Shown: positions 17,481-25,863 of the stretch, piece by piece
Position numbering within the stretch: position 1 is the stretch's first letter
Layout of the letters: each line of letters opens with the position of its first letter
IMG/VR virus record: IMGVR_UViG_3300035490_000495
Length of the DNA: 51,314 nt
From: a virus
Strand: one strand, 5' to 3'
The notes under the pieces: model-generated
Seen by the model: only the letters and a program-made list of their open reading frames with translations
What the model was told of the DNA's origin: nothing
Databases searched by the model: none
Position numbers and translations under genes: made by a program

Positions 17481-17813
17481 CTAGTCCGTAATCTCTATGA
17501 GCGGGCATATCCGCTCATGGAACGACCTTATATACGCCACCACTAGGGCATGGAACGGGGAGGGGCGCTTGGGCTCCCTCGGCTTCTCCGGCTCCTCCGG
17601 CCGGTTCTTATTCCGTTCCCTACTCCAGTCCTGGACTGCCTGTATGGCTATAAGCACCAGGGCACCGAACAGTAGCCATGCCATGTCCTCGTAGAGGCCC
17701 AGGAGGCTGAACCACCGCCCGAGCGCCAGGGGGAAGGCCGGAAGCAGTGGAACCCTGCCCTGTACTTCCTCCCCCTGCCGTTCCTTACCCACCTTGCCCT
17801 TGCCCTGAGCCAT
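17481..17813 (-). CDS. membrane protein (110 aa, start MAQGKGKVG...)
   Basis: Internal ATG of track ORF 17481..17900; hydrophobic segment MAWLLFGALVLIAIQAV. Confidence 0.4.
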   Translation of the reverse strand: MAQGKGKVGKERQGEEVQGRVPLLPAFPLALGRWFSLLGLYEDMAWLLFGALVLIAIQAVQDWSRERNKNRPEEPEKPREPKRPSPFHALVVAYIRSFHERICPLIEITD

Positions 17814-17950
17814 GTTCCCCTGGGCACCGTCCTGCTCCCCTCGTGCCCGTGGAACAGGAAGCCCAGGCTCCCGTCCCTGCGGGGCCGGAACGCCTTGCAT
17901 ACCTGCCTCTCGTCCATCCTAAGCAGGGCCTCCTTCCTCGGGGGTGTCGG

Positions 17951-18070
17951 CTAGTACCGTTGGCCTCTCTGGCTCGGGCATGGGCTGTCGGCAAGCTCGG
18001 GGCAGTTGGGGCAGGGAAGCTCGTTGTTCCCCGTGTCCCATATGCCCGTGTCCCTGCATAGCTCGCACAT
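17951..18070 (-). CDS. small zinc-ribbon peptide (39 aa, MCELCRDTGIWDTGNNELPCPNCPELADSPCPSQRGQRY)
   Basis: Not in track (<60 aa). Minus-strand ATG (cat at 18068-18070) preceded by GAGGAGG; two CxxC pairs. Confidence 0.35.
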   Translation of the reverse strand: MCELCRDTGIWDTGNNELPCPNCPELADSPCPSQRGQRY

Positions 18071-18072
18071 GC

Positions 18073-18225
18073 CTACCCCTCCTCGACACGCCTGTCATGC
18101 ACAAGGATAACGTACCTGGTCCCGAGCGGTGCCACTACCACGTAGCCCTTGTCGTACCACTGGTTCAGCGTCTCGGTAATGTCCTCGGCACCGGCGCTTG
18201 ACACGTCGATTACCTTATACTTCAT
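18073..18225 (-). CDS. small hypothetical protein (50 aa, MKYKVIDVSSAGAEDITETLNQWYDKGYVVVAPLGTRYVILVHDRRVEEG)
   Basis: Internal ATG of track ORF 18073..18399; the upstream part is Arg/Gly-rich. Confidence 0.35.
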   Translation of the reverse strand: MKYKVIDVSSAGAEDITETLNQWYDKGYVVVAPLGTRYVILVHDRRVEEG

Positions 18226-18245
18226 GCCCTGGAGCCCCAATGTGC

Positions 18246-18518
18246 CTACTCCTCCCCGTCTACGAACCTCTGGAGGGCCGCTATCGTCCGCCTTGCGTCC
18301 TCCTCGTCCATCTGGGCACCGCAGACGATCTTCTCGTTGGGTGCCAGCGTGACAGGCTGGTCGTCCCTGAACAGGGTGGCCCCGTCTATGAACAGCCATG
18401 TGCGGCGGCGGCCTACCTGGCTGGACCTGCGCACGGTGACCTTCTCCAGCGATGACGTGAGGAACTGGTCGTAGGTAGCGAACCCCCTCGGGGTCCTCTC
18501 AAGCCCTTTCTTTCCCAT
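18246..18518 (-). CDS. hypothetical protein (90 aa, MGKKGLERTPRGFATYDQFLTSSLEKVTVRRS...)
   Basis: ATG (cat 18516-18518) with GGAGGG RBS; the remaining N-terminal part of track ORF 18246..18992 is an Arg-rich shadow of the radical-SAM gene. Confidence 0.45.
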   Translation of the reverse strand: MGKKGLERTPRGFATYDQFLTSSLEKVTVRRSSQVGRRRTWLFIDGATLFRDDQPVTLAPNEKIVCGAQMDEEDARRTIAALQRFVDGEE

Positions 18519-18520
18519 AT

Positions 18521-18554
18521 GGCCCTCCCCGGCTATAGTATACCCCGGAGGGCC
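18521..18554 (-). promoter_or_regulatory. hairpin overlapping the RBS of gene 18246..18518, with an AT-rich loop (tatactata)
   Basis: ggccctcc(ccggc)tatagtata(ccccg)gagggcc: 8-bp perfect outer stem seen in sequence, directly after the radical-SAM gene stop and directly before the next start codon; could act as a terminator, a translational control element or a promoter. Confidence 0.35.
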
Positions 18555-18562
18555 CGACCCCC

Positions 18563-19345
18563 TTAGGGAGCCTTGCAGTTTAGCTGCTTGTTCCAGTAGG
18601 CCTCCTTCGAGGCCCTCTTCATCCTTCCCAGGCATTCCCAGTAGAGCATCTCGCAGTTGCGGCAGTCGATGCAGAGGGAGCTGGACGCCGTGCCGCAGGA
18701 CCTTGCCCCGGTCCCCTTGTACCTTGCCATGACCCTCGTCATGGCCTCGGGCCTGATGCACCAGTAGTCGTTGAGGACGCTCTTCCTCCACTCGTAGTCC
18801 TCGGGCCTCTGCACGGCGTCCCTGCTGTAGTAGCGCATGAAGGTGAGCACGGTCGGGATGCCCCGCTTCTTCTGGTAGAACTCCACGGCGGCGTCCACCT
18901 CGTCCAGGCTCCACGTGCATGCCCTCACCCTGACGAACATCAGGTTGCCTGCGGGGGGCGGCTCTGCAAGGACGAGCCTGCGCCCGTTGCACGTGTATAC
19001 CACGGGGCCGGGGAAGTCGAACCTGGCTATGCTCGTGTTGTAGAACTTGTCGGGGTAGTGCCTGGTCGCCCCGATGACCCCCTCCCTCTGGAGGTTGGAG
19101 TCATGCCCGGAGTTGACCCGGACTATCCTGCCCATGGCCTCCTGGAGGGACGGGACAAGGGGCTCCTCCAGGGTGCGGTAGAACCTGCCCCCGTTGTAGA
19201 AGCACTCGGCGCACCCCACCGGGCACTCCCCGGCCTGGGGTATGCAGTCTATAAGGCACGTTCCTTCGAGCTTGGGGTTCTTCAAGGCATGCTCCAATCC
19301 TGGCGGCGGGGCTGAGCCGCAGACCCCCGCAGGGTTGGGACGCAT
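18563..19345 (-). CDS. radical SAM domain protein (260 aa)
   Basis: CPVGCAECFY = CX3CX2C followed by an aromatic residue; a second Cys cluster at the C-terminus (CGTASSSLCIDCRNCEMLYWEC). Confidence 0.65.
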   Translation of the reverse strand: MRPNPAGVCGSAPPPGLEHALKNPKLEGTCLIDCIPQAGECPVGCAECFYNGGRFYRTLEEPLVPSLQEAMGRIVRVNSGHDSNLQREGVIGATRHYPDKFYNTSIARFDFPGPVVYTCNGRRLVLAEPPPAGNLMFVRVRACTWSLDEVDAAVEFYQKKRGIPTVLTFMRYYSRDAVQRPEDYEWRKSVLNDYWCIRPEAMTRVMARYKGTGARSCGTASSSLCIDCRNCEMLYWECLGRMKRASKEAYWNKQLNCKAP

Positions 19346-19479
19346 TGCTGCGGCGGGTAGCTAGTCCGTCTGGCGTCCTCCTCCCCCGCTTCGCCCTCCT
19401 CTCCCACAGCAGGGAGCATCCGGCGCTTTGCCTAGGCGACTTTTCCCGGCTAGTCGTCCAACCGTCCACTGTCGGCTCT

Positions 19480-19695
19480 TTACGCCGTAAACTCTCCTAG
19501 CCTCACGGCCATGTCGATGTTGCGTGCCGAGCTTTTCTCGAACACGTGGGACCGGAAGTGCTCCTTCATGCGGTCGTAGGCGACCAGCCCGTTGCACTGG
19601 TAGCACTCCAGCGTGTGGGCTATCAGCCTCTCCTCCAGCACTAGGGGCACCCCCGCGCCTGCGCCTACCGTGAAGTACCTGGTATACTGGGACAT
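19480..19695 (-). CDS. hypothetical protein (71 aa)
   Basis: ATG with AAGGAGA RBS. Confidence 0.5.
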   Translation of the reverse strand: MSQYTRYFTVGAGAGVPLVLEERLIAHTLECYQCNGLVAYDRMKEHFRSHVFEKSSARNIDMAVRLGEFTA

Positions 19696-19699
19696 ATAG

Positions 19700-20011
19700 C
19701 TATCTCCTTCCAGGGGCCGGCGAGGGCTTGCCGCTCTCCGGCTTCTTCTTTGCCTCCGGCTTGGGGGCCGCCTCGGGCTTGGGCTTCTTCACCCTCGCCC
19801 TGGCCTTGGAGGCCTTCAGGGGGTCGGTGGTCCCGGCGCTCCGCAGGGGCACGAACACCTTCTCCCCCGTGGGCTTCCCGTCCGGGCCAGCCACGGGCTC
19901 CAGGGTGCCTACCTGAATCAGGGAGGAGCACCTCCTGTTGCCGTGCCAGGGCTTGCGCCTGTATACCCTCCCGTCGAACTCTACTGCCCCCTCCGGTATC
20001 GTATATCCCAT
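19700..20011 (-). CDS. hypothetical protein with Lys/Pro-rich basic C-terminal tail (103 aa)
   Basis: ATG ORF; ...KARARVKKPKPEAAPKPEAKKKPESGKPSPAPGRR. Confidence 0.45.
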   Translation of the reverse strand: MGYTIPEGAVEFDGRVYRRKPWHGNRRCSSLIQVGTLEPVAGPDGKPTGEKVFVPLRSAGTTDPLKASKARARVKKPKPEAAPKPEAKKKPESGKPSPAPGRR

Positions 20012-20023
20012 GTCCCCCCGCCC

Positions 20024-20314
20024 TTACTCGGTGTCGAAGTAGCCGTGCCCGTGCAGGCTCCCCCCCTGGGGTGCCTGGCCCTTAGAGACCTCCTGGAACC
20101 TCGGCCCTATGTAGACCGGGCACTCGTAGACCGGGGTGACCAGGTTCTCGTCCACGCAGATTTTATACAGCCTCTCCGCTATGGGGCAGTTCTTCGGCGT
20201 CCCCGGCTTGAAGCTCTCGCACTTCCAGCACAGGCAGTGCTCACGGTGCGTCCCCTTGAGCGCCTCGTCCACGAATACCTTCGCCCCGTGGTGCTCGTAT
20301 GTTACAATCGCCAT
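20024..20314 (-). CDS. hypothetical Cys-containing protein (96 aa)
   Basis: ATG ORF. Confidence 0.45.
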   Translation of the reverse strand: MAIVTYEHHGAKVFVDEALKGTHREHCLCWKCESFKPGTPKNCPIAERLYKICVDENLVTPVYECPVYIGPRFQEVSKGQAPQGGSLHGHGYFDTE

Positions 20315-20323
20315 CCCGCCTCC

Positions 20324-20521
20324 TTATGCGTTGTCCCAGTCTATGAAGGCCACTAGCCGGCCGTATTCCCTCTCGGTTATGACCTTCCTCTTTACCAGCC
20401 TCCTGAGCCAGCCTGGCCTGCCCCCATGCTCCTTGGCCAGCTCGTCCAGCCTCTTGTCGTAGGCGTTTACCTGCCGGGTGGTATAGGAGCCGAACCCCAG
20501 CTCCGTGGGCAGCGCCATCAC
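20324..20521 (-). CDS. hypothetical protein (65 aa)
   Basis: ATG ORF. Confidence 0.4.
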   Translation of the reverse strand: MMALPTELGFGSYTTRQVNAYDKRLDELAKEHGGRPGWLRRLVKRKVITEREYGRLVAFIDWDNA

Positions 20522-22101
20522 TCCTCCCTTGCCTTACCCATCGCCTCCGGCCAGAACGGCTCCGACACGTCCTTCGGGGCAGCCGCCTCGGGGGGCTCCT
20601 CTGGCGGCAGGGGGACCCTCTTCTCTCCCCGCTTCTCCCTCAGCTCCCGGTTGCGCCGGAAGTCCTCCTCGCTGGGCACGAGGCTCCCCTCCACGGGGGC
20701 CTTGACGCCCAGCGGGCTATAGAAGCCCAGCTTCCCGGCCTGCTCGACATACTCCCCGAACCTGCCCTCGTCCATGGCGAAGCTCGGGTCGGTGAACACG
20801 GGGGTCAGGATGGAGTAGAGCCTGCTCATATTGAGCCTGTCTGCCTCGTTCGGGTTGCCCGCCCCTCCCCGCCTCTCTGCCTCTACCCATACCAGGAATA
20901 GCTCCTGCTTCAGCGGGTTGCGGAGGATGGACTCCATCACGGCGGCATGCGGGTCGAGCTGCATCTCCACGGTCGGCTCCGTGTAGGCGTTGATAGGCTC
21001 TACCGTCCCCTCCTGGAGGGCACGGCAGGCGTCCAGGGCGTCCTCTGACGCATCCTCTAGCTGGTCCTTCAGGCGCTCCTCGTAGGGCTCCCTCGTCACG
21101 TAGGCGACATAGGACATGAGGTCCGTCATCAGCTTCGTCTTGCCGTCTGGCCACTCCGACTGGTAGACCATGCGCAGCAGGGTGTCGTGCTCCAGGTCCG
21201 TCAGCCTCGGGTCCCCGCACGCCATCTCCTTCAGAATCTTGTCGAAGTGCAGGGAGTCGAGTATCCTGGCCGCCGTGGCCCGCATGGTCGCCCGGTAGGT
21301 CAGGGCCTTCTCCAGGAGGTCAACCTCCAGGAACACCTGGGCGGGCTCCTCCTCCAGGCCCTTGCCCCCTACCACGTCCCCGCTGTCCAGCTCGATATAG
21401 GCGTCCACGAGCGGCGTGGGGCTGTAGTCGGCGATAAGCCCGACCAGGTCCGCCCGGAAGAGGCTGAACAGCCTCTTCGCCATGGCGTTGGGCTCGCCTT
21501 TCTGGGTAAAGTAGTTGGGGCACTCCCTCCTGACCAGGGCCCACAGGAAGCCGTCCGAGGCGTCCTTCAGCCCATGCGGGCCTGCCACCTGCTCGGGGAC
21601 AGTGTCGTTGGGGTAGAGGATTAGGCCCTCCCCCGGCTTGCACGTGCATGACAGGCTCCCCGGCCTCAGGTGCCGGCCGGGGTTGTCGGCAGACCAGATG
21701 CGCTCGTGCCACTTCCTCACCGGGCACTCCGGCAGGGGGTGGACTATGCAGCACCAGAAGTGCCTGCCCTCCCCGAGGACCTCCGAGTACTGCTCCAGGT
21801 CGGCGATGGTGCTCACGAAGACCCCGTCGCCGGACATGTACTGCTTGCCTTGCCGGGCGTCCCCGCCGAAGAAGGCCTTGCGGTTGACAATGAAGGCGCT
21901 CTCGATGTGGATGAAGCGGGGGTCGTGTATCATGTCCCAGGTCTGCCCCAGGGTCTCCACGTACCCCTTCTCGCCGAACACGAGCTGGTCGAGGAGCTGG
22001 CAGTACTGGTATTCCTCCTGCTCTACCTCGCTGCCCAGGAACTTATAGATGCGCTTCTCGTCGCCCGCTATGCCGAGCAGGCTTTGTATCGTCCTGTCCA
22101 T
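20518..22101 (-). CDS. large hypothetical protein (527 aa)
   Basis: Long ATG ORF with balanced composition; no motif recognised. Confidence 0.6.
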   Translation of the reverse strand: MDRTIQSLLGIAGDEKRIYKFLGSEVEQEEYQYCQLLDQLVFGEKGYVETLGQTWDMIHDPRFIHIESAFIVNRKAFFGGDARQGKQYMSGDGVFVSTIADLEQYSEVLGEGRHFWCCIVHPLPECPVRKWHERIWSADNPGRHLRPGSLSCTCKPGEGLILYPNDTVPEQVAGPHGLKDASDGFLWALVRRECPNYFTQKGEPNAMAKRLFSLFRADLVGLIADYSPTPLVDAYIELDSGDVVGGKGLEEEPAQVFLEVDLLEKALTYRATMRATAARILDSLHFDKILKEMACGDPRLTDLEHDTLLRMVYQSEWPDGKTKLMTDLMSYVAYVTREPYEERLKDQLEDASEDALDACRALQEGTVEPINAYTEPTVEMQLDPHAAVMESILRNPLKQELFLVWVEAERRGGAGNPNEADRLNMSRLYSILTPVFTDPSFAMDEGRFGEYVEQAGKLGFYSPLGVKAPVEGSLVPSEEDFRRNRELREKRGEKRVPLPPEEPPEAAAPKDVSEPFWPEAMGKAREE

Positions 22102-22141
22102 CTGTTACGGGCCCTCCTGGCCGCCTCGGTAAGGGTGAGGC

Positions 22142-22471
22142 TCATAGGATATCGTTTCCCTCGCAGTCTATGGCAGGGAACGTCCTCCCCATGGCCTCCA
22201 GCCTGGCCTCCACCTCTGCTATGTCCTCGATGCCTGCCTGCCTGGCCAGGAACCTTGCCAGGTCGATGATGGGGAACTTGCCAGGGATGTCGGCAAAGAT
22301 AGTGCTCAGCCCCAGCCCGGCCATGCCGGAGAACCCTGGCATCCCGCCGCCTATGGACGGCCCTCCCTTGGGCACGGTGCCGCAGAAGGCCTCCAGGCGG
22401 TCGTGGCGGAGGTGCATCGCTACATCGGTATTGTTATCCGTGCGCCGTACATTGACCTGTGATAGCCTCAT
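22142..22471 (-). CDS. hypothetical protein (109 aa)
   Basis: ATG ORF; last minus-strand gene before the strand switch. Confidence 0.45.
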   Translation of the reverse strand: MRLSQVNVRRTDNNTDVAMHLRHDRLEAFCGTVPKGGPSIGGGMPGFSGMAGLGLSTIFADIPGKFPIIDLARFLARQAGIEDIAEVEARLEAMGRTFPAIDCEGNDIL

Positions 22472-22499
22472 GGAGGCTTAATACTGAGACGGAGGGCCT

Positions 22500-22709
22500 A
22501 TGGGAGAGCATATACCGTTCAGCAACGCGGACGACTGCCAGGAGTGCGGGGCGGAGACCGTCTCCACGGACAACCCTAACCTGAGGAGGTGCCCGCAGTG
22601 CGGGGCGGGCCTGGGGGTCGTCTGCATTACCGGCACCCCGCTGCCGGCCGCAGAGCCCAGGAGGTTCTGGCTATGGAGGTTCCTCGAACGGGCAATCATG
22701 CCGGGATAG
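22500..22709 (+). CDS. zinc-ribbon protein (69 aa)
   Basis: CQECG...CPQCG; GGAGGG shortly before the ATG. Confidence 0.4.
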   Translation: MGEHIPFSNADDCQECGAETVSTDNPNLRRCPQCGAGLGVVCITGTPLPAAEPRRFWLWRFLERAIMPG

Positions 22710-23134
22710 CGGACGGCCTCCGGGAGTGGAGGCTGGGGGTGCTGAGGAGGGAGGGCCTGGAGGAGTGGAAGGTCCGGGACGGCGAGCCCTACTGCTGGAC
22801 CCCTATAGAAACCATTAAGGTATGGACGGGCAGCAGGCCCGCCGTGTTCCTGCATGAGGTGGCCCATGCCCTCTACCAGCAGCCCGAGGGGCCCATGCAC
22901 AACAACCACTACCACGGGGGGAGCTGGGCGGCGGAGTACGGCAGGCTCGTGGACGCCTACCTGGAGCCCCGGCAGCCTTACCCGTTCTCCCTGTGGGCAT
23001 GGGCCTGGGGCAGGCTTGTCTCCTTCTCCCGGCACGTATGGTGGAACGCCTGCCGGGTGGCGAGGAGGCACTGGCCCTGGGCCAGGGACGGCGACCAGGC
23101 TGAGTGCGGTGCTGTCAAGCATACAGGAGGCTGA
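22670..23134 (+). CDS. HExxH-motif protein (154 aa), second putative metallopeptidase-like gene
   Basis: Start at MEVPRT with AGGAGG 8 nt upstream; AVFLHEVAHALYQ motif. Confidence 0.5.
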   Translation, partial: AMEVPRTGNHAGIADGLREWRLGVLRREGLEEWKVRDGEPYCWTPIETIKVWTGSRPAVFLHEVAHALYQQPEGPMHNNHYHGGSWAAEYGRLVDAYLEPRQPYPFSLWAWAWGRLVSFSRHVWWNACRVARRHWPWARDGDQAECGAVKHTGG

Positions 23135-23257
23135 GCGCTGTACTGTCAGGTTATATGATAGAGAACTTGAGGCTGCTGTTTAAGGTGGTGTGGCTAAAGC
23201 TCCGGGTAGACTGGACCGAAGCCAGGATTGTCCTCAGGCGCGTGCAGATAGCCTTGC

Positions 23258-23476
23258 TTAAGTGGTGGATGCGGGGATAGACACCGGGCGGCCCTTGGCC
23301 CAGGGCACCTGGATGGTGTAGCTGACGAGCCTGCCGTCAGGGTGTACCTTGTAGAGGTGCGTGTCCCGCCCTGCCACCTGTGCCCACACGCACCTGTTGA
23401 TGCGCTTGGCATAGGGGAGGATGTCCGACAGGGACTCTACCTCCCTGACCTCTCTCTTGTCGCAGGGCAGCAGCAT
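23258..23476 (-). CDS. hypothetical protein (72 aa)
   Basis: ATG with AAGGAA RBS. Confidence 0.35.
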   Translation of the reverse strand: MLLPCDKREVREVESLSDILPYAKRINRCVWAQVAGRDTHLYKVHPDGRLVSYTIQVPWAKGRPVSIPASTT

Positions 23477-23654
23477 GTTAGGGTTCCTTAGAAGAAGGCC
23501 GGGGCTGGCCTGGGTACCTCTACCACGGCTATAGGGGCATCGTGGTAGAGGTCATAGACATACTCAAGCTGATAGACCCAGGTGCGGGGGCTGATGGGGA
23601 AGAAGTCCCTCATCCTGGCAACCCTCTCGGGGCCCGGAAGCTCCCCCTGAATCT

Positions 23655-23733
23655 TGGTATCCCCGGCAGGATTTGAACCTGCGACCTTCGGTTTAGGAAA
23701 CCGCTGCTCTGGTCCAGGCTGAGCTACGGGGAC
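23655..23733 (-). tRNA. tRNA-Arg(CCT)
   Basis: Hand-folded cloverleaf: acceptor GTCCCCG/CGGGGAT, D GCTC..GAGC, anticodon arm GCGGT-TTCCTAA-ACCGA, T arm GCAGG-TTCAAAT-CCTGC, A73, encoded CCA. Confidence 0.7.
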
Positions 23734-23762
23734 ACATTCCATGCTGTTCGTTCTCCCTAAAA

Positions 23763-23838
23763 TGGAAGCCCCGGAGGGAGTCTAACCCTCGACCTGCCGC
23801 TTAGGAGGCGGCCGCTCTATACGCTGAGCTACGGGGCC
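23763..23838 (-). tRNA. tRNA-Arg(CCT), second copy with a different body
   Basis: Acceptor GGCCCCG/CGGGGCT, anticodon arm GCCGC-CTCCTAA-GCGGC, T loop TTAGACT, U73, CCA encoded. Confidence 0.7.
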
Positions 23839-23852
23839 AAAAGCTACTTGCA

Positions 23853-23993
23853 AGCCAACGTGGTTACGTTCACGTTGTAGTTGACGGCAGCAAACTTGGC
23901 CTTCTTCCCGAGGGCCTTACGGAGCTGCTTGCGCAAGGCCTTCATCTCCGACTCTGGAACATCGGGGGCACATACCAGGAGTGCAATTCTCAT
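23853..23993 (-). CDS. small ORF (46 aa, MRIALLVCAPDVPESEMKALRKQLRKALGKKAKFAAVNYNVNVTTLACK)
   Basis: ATG at 23991-23993 with a GAGGGTG RBS-like sequence; lies between tRNAs. Confidence 0.25.
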
Positions 23994-24022
23994 CTTCACC
24001 CTCGTTGGACCTGCCGCAAAGC

Positions 24023-24322
24023 CTAATCTCCGCCGCCATCGCCGCCAGCGTCTCCGCCAGCGTCCGCGCCAGCATCGGCGTCAGCATCCGGCGTCTCTTC
24101 CTCTGCCGGGCTTGGCTGTGATGCCGTCTCCTCTTCCTCGTCCCCCCCTGCGACTATCAGCCAGTATGCCAGGGGGACATCGCCGCCATCGTCTTTCTGG
24201 ACGCTCGTGCAGGCCGCTGGCCTCGGGCAGCGGTGCGCCGGGCGCTTTACCGGCCATAGGAGCACGACCGCCAGTATGAAGAGGACAGCCCCTATTACCA
24301 GGGCTTGTGACCGTACATGCAT
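24023..24322 (-). CDS. small membrane protein with an acidic GAD-repeat tail (99 aa)
   Basis: N-terminal hydrophobic helix ALVIGAVLFILAVVLLWP; the C-terminal DADAGADAGGDAGGDGGGD is encoded by gccgcc/agcgtc tandem repeats. Confidence 0.4.
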   Translation of the reverse strand: MHVRSQALVIGAVLFILAVVLLWPVKRPAHRCPRPAACTSVQKDDGGDVPLAYWLIVAGGDEEEETASQPSPAEEETPDADADAGADAGGDAGGDGGGD

Positions 24323-24335
24323 ACGGCTCCTTGCT

Positions 24336-24413
24336 TGGAAGCCCCGGTGGGATTTGAACCCACGGCCTTGCGGGTAGAAGCCGCCTGCTCTCGTTCCGCT
24401 GAGCTACGGGGCC
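24336..24413 (-). tRNA. tRNA-Arg(TCT)
   Basis: Acceptor GGCCCCG/CGGGGCT, anticodon arm GGCGG-CTTCTAC-CCGCA, T arm GTGGG-TTCAAAT-CCCAC, CCA encoded. Confidence 0.7.
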
Positions 24414-24570
24414 GAATGTGTGCCCGTGATAGGCTCACGGTGCCGAGGCCCTACCCCCTTGCGATGGATAGCTGCCCGTTCGCTGGACATTTTGGATGGC
24501 CGTCTTGGAACGGGCCGAAGGTCATCCAGCCAGGTTGGCGGCCTTTGGGGTCTCCCCCGCCGGGCCATGC

Positions 24571-25122
24571 TTACTCCTTGTCTAAGACGGCGTTCCAGTA
24601 GAGCCAGGTCTCCCAGTCCCTCCACTCCGGCCGCATGGTCTTGATATGCAGCTTGAAGTTGTACCTCGGGTCGCTGGGCTTCGGGGCCACTGGCCTGGAC
24701 AGGAGCGCCATGCCGGCCTGCTCCGGGGTCCTGCCGCCCTTCGTCTTGTTGCACCTCATGCACGCCGTGACCGTGTTCTCCCAGGTCGTCTTGCCGCCCT
24801 GGCACTGCGGTATGACGTGGTCCGTGGTGTACTCGTGCGTCCTGATGGTCTTGCCGCAGTACTGGCATGAGGCGTTGTCACGGACTAACAGGTTCCGCCT
24901 CGTGCAGGGGACGGACTGCCGCCTGCGCCGTACCCAGGCATTGCGCACCCGGATGACCCTGGGCATGCCCATCTCGAAGTACTGGCTGTGCAGTACCTTG
25001 CCAGCCTCGTCCTCCTTGACTATCCGGGCACGGTCCTTGGTCCATAGCCTGACCGCCTCCTGCCAAGAGCAGAAGCCGACCGGCGTCCAGTTCATGTCGA
25101 GGACCAGGCAGTCATGGCTCAT
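24571..25122 (-). CDS. HNH homing endonuclease (183 aa) inserted in the tRNA array
   Basis: CQYCGK...HEYTTDHVIPQCQGGKTTWENTVTACMRCNKTKG = canonical HNH with two CxxC pairs. Confidence 0.75.
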   Translation of the reverse strand: MSHDCLVLDMNWTPVGFCSWQEAVRLWTKDRARIVKEDEAGKVLHSQYFEMGMPRVIRVRNAWVRRRRQSVPCTRRNLLVRDNASCQYCGKTIRTHEYTTDHVIPQCQGGKTTWENTVTACMRCNKTKGGRTPEQAGMALLSRPVAPKPSDPRYNFKLHIKTMRPEWRDWETWLYWNAVLDKE

Positions 25123-25276
25123 AGGTCACCCCCTTACTAAGGGGAGCGGAAAACTGTATAGGCGGGGGAAAGGCCGGATTTTATAGCCTTAAGCGACCGG
25201 CAGCCATTAAGGAGCATGGGCGCTGTGTGCGCTCAGACCCCTGCCTACCTTCCACTTACATAATACCTCAGAAAAT

Positions 25277-25363
25277 TGGCAGGGGCGGAGGGACTCGAAC
25301 CCCCGAAACGCCGTAGCGTGGCGGTTTTGGAGACCGCTGCCGTTGCCGCTGGGCCACGCCCCT
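25277..25363 (-). tRNA. class-II (long variable arm) tRNA with Ser-like body and anticodon CCA; isotype ambiguous
   Basis: 87 nt. Acceptor AGGGGCG/CGCCCCT, G73, CCA encoded; 3-bp D stem; anticodon arm GCGGT-CTCCAAA-ACCGC (U33, A37); 16-nt variable arm C-ACGC-TACG-GCGT-TTC; T arm GGGGG-TTCGAGT-CCCTC. Confidence 0.6.
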
Positions 25364-25369
25364 GCAAAC

Positions 25370-25444
25370 TGGCGACCTGGAGAGGATTTGAACCCCTAAG
25401 TCCGGTTTTGGAGACCGGCAGTTTAGCCGTTAGCTTACCAGGCC
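25370..25444 (-). tRNA. tRNA-Trp(CCA), canonical class I
   Basis: Acceptor GGCCTGG/CCAGGTC, anticodon arm CCGGT-CTCCAAA-ACCGG, T arm AGGGG-TTCAAAT-CCTCT, G73, CCA encoded; 6 nt from the class-II CCA tRNA. Confidence 0.7.
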
Positions 25445-25529
25445 TTAAGAATTAGGGCCAGCGTCCTTCCTGTTGAACGAAGGCACGGTCAGGCTCCTAG
25501 GGGCCTGGCCACTGCTACCATTAAGGCTA

Positions 25530-25680
25530 CGCAGCACGGTGTGCCTGCGGGATTCGGACCCGCATTTCTGGCATCCAGCTTGGTGCCCGTGGCGGGAATC
25601 GAACCCGCATACAGCCCCTTGCGGGGGCTGCTTCGGTGGGCGATAACGTGATTCCCTACACCCCGTAGGGTGGCCAGATT
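25530..25680 (-). ncRNA. tRNA-like fragments: two T-arm hairpins (GCGGG-TCCGAAT-CCCGC and GCGGG-TTCGATT-CCCGC), the second followed by CACGGGC-A-CCA, without a foldable 5' half
   Basis: Motifs seen directly; I could not find complementary 5' acceptor strands, so these may be tRNA pseudogenes or a non-canonical RNA. Confidence 0.2.
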
Positions 25681-25863
25681 ATCCCTGGCCTCCGGGCGTC
25701 CCGCCCCTTTCGGTTCCTCCGCAACTCGCTCCCACCGAGGCGTTCTCTCGTTGTACGCCGCTGTGCCTGTTCGCATACACGGGCAAAGCTCGGAGGGCCG
25801 CAGGCCGACTCGCTACACCCGGATGGGTACCGGGCTGCCGCTGTGCCTGTGGCCCTCGATTAC

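Noticed and set aside
18246-18992. 248-aa minus-strand ORF overlapping the radical SAM gene
   Set aside because: Its N-terminal two thirds are Arg/Gly-rich and out of frame with the radical SAM protein; only the C-terminal 90 codons (18246..18518), with their own ATG and RBS, are kept.
23488-23742. 84-aa ORF across tRNA-Arg(CCT)
   Set aside because: Its middle (KPKVAGSNPAGDTK) is the translation of the tRNA T-arm/acceptor region; protein coding is unlikely.
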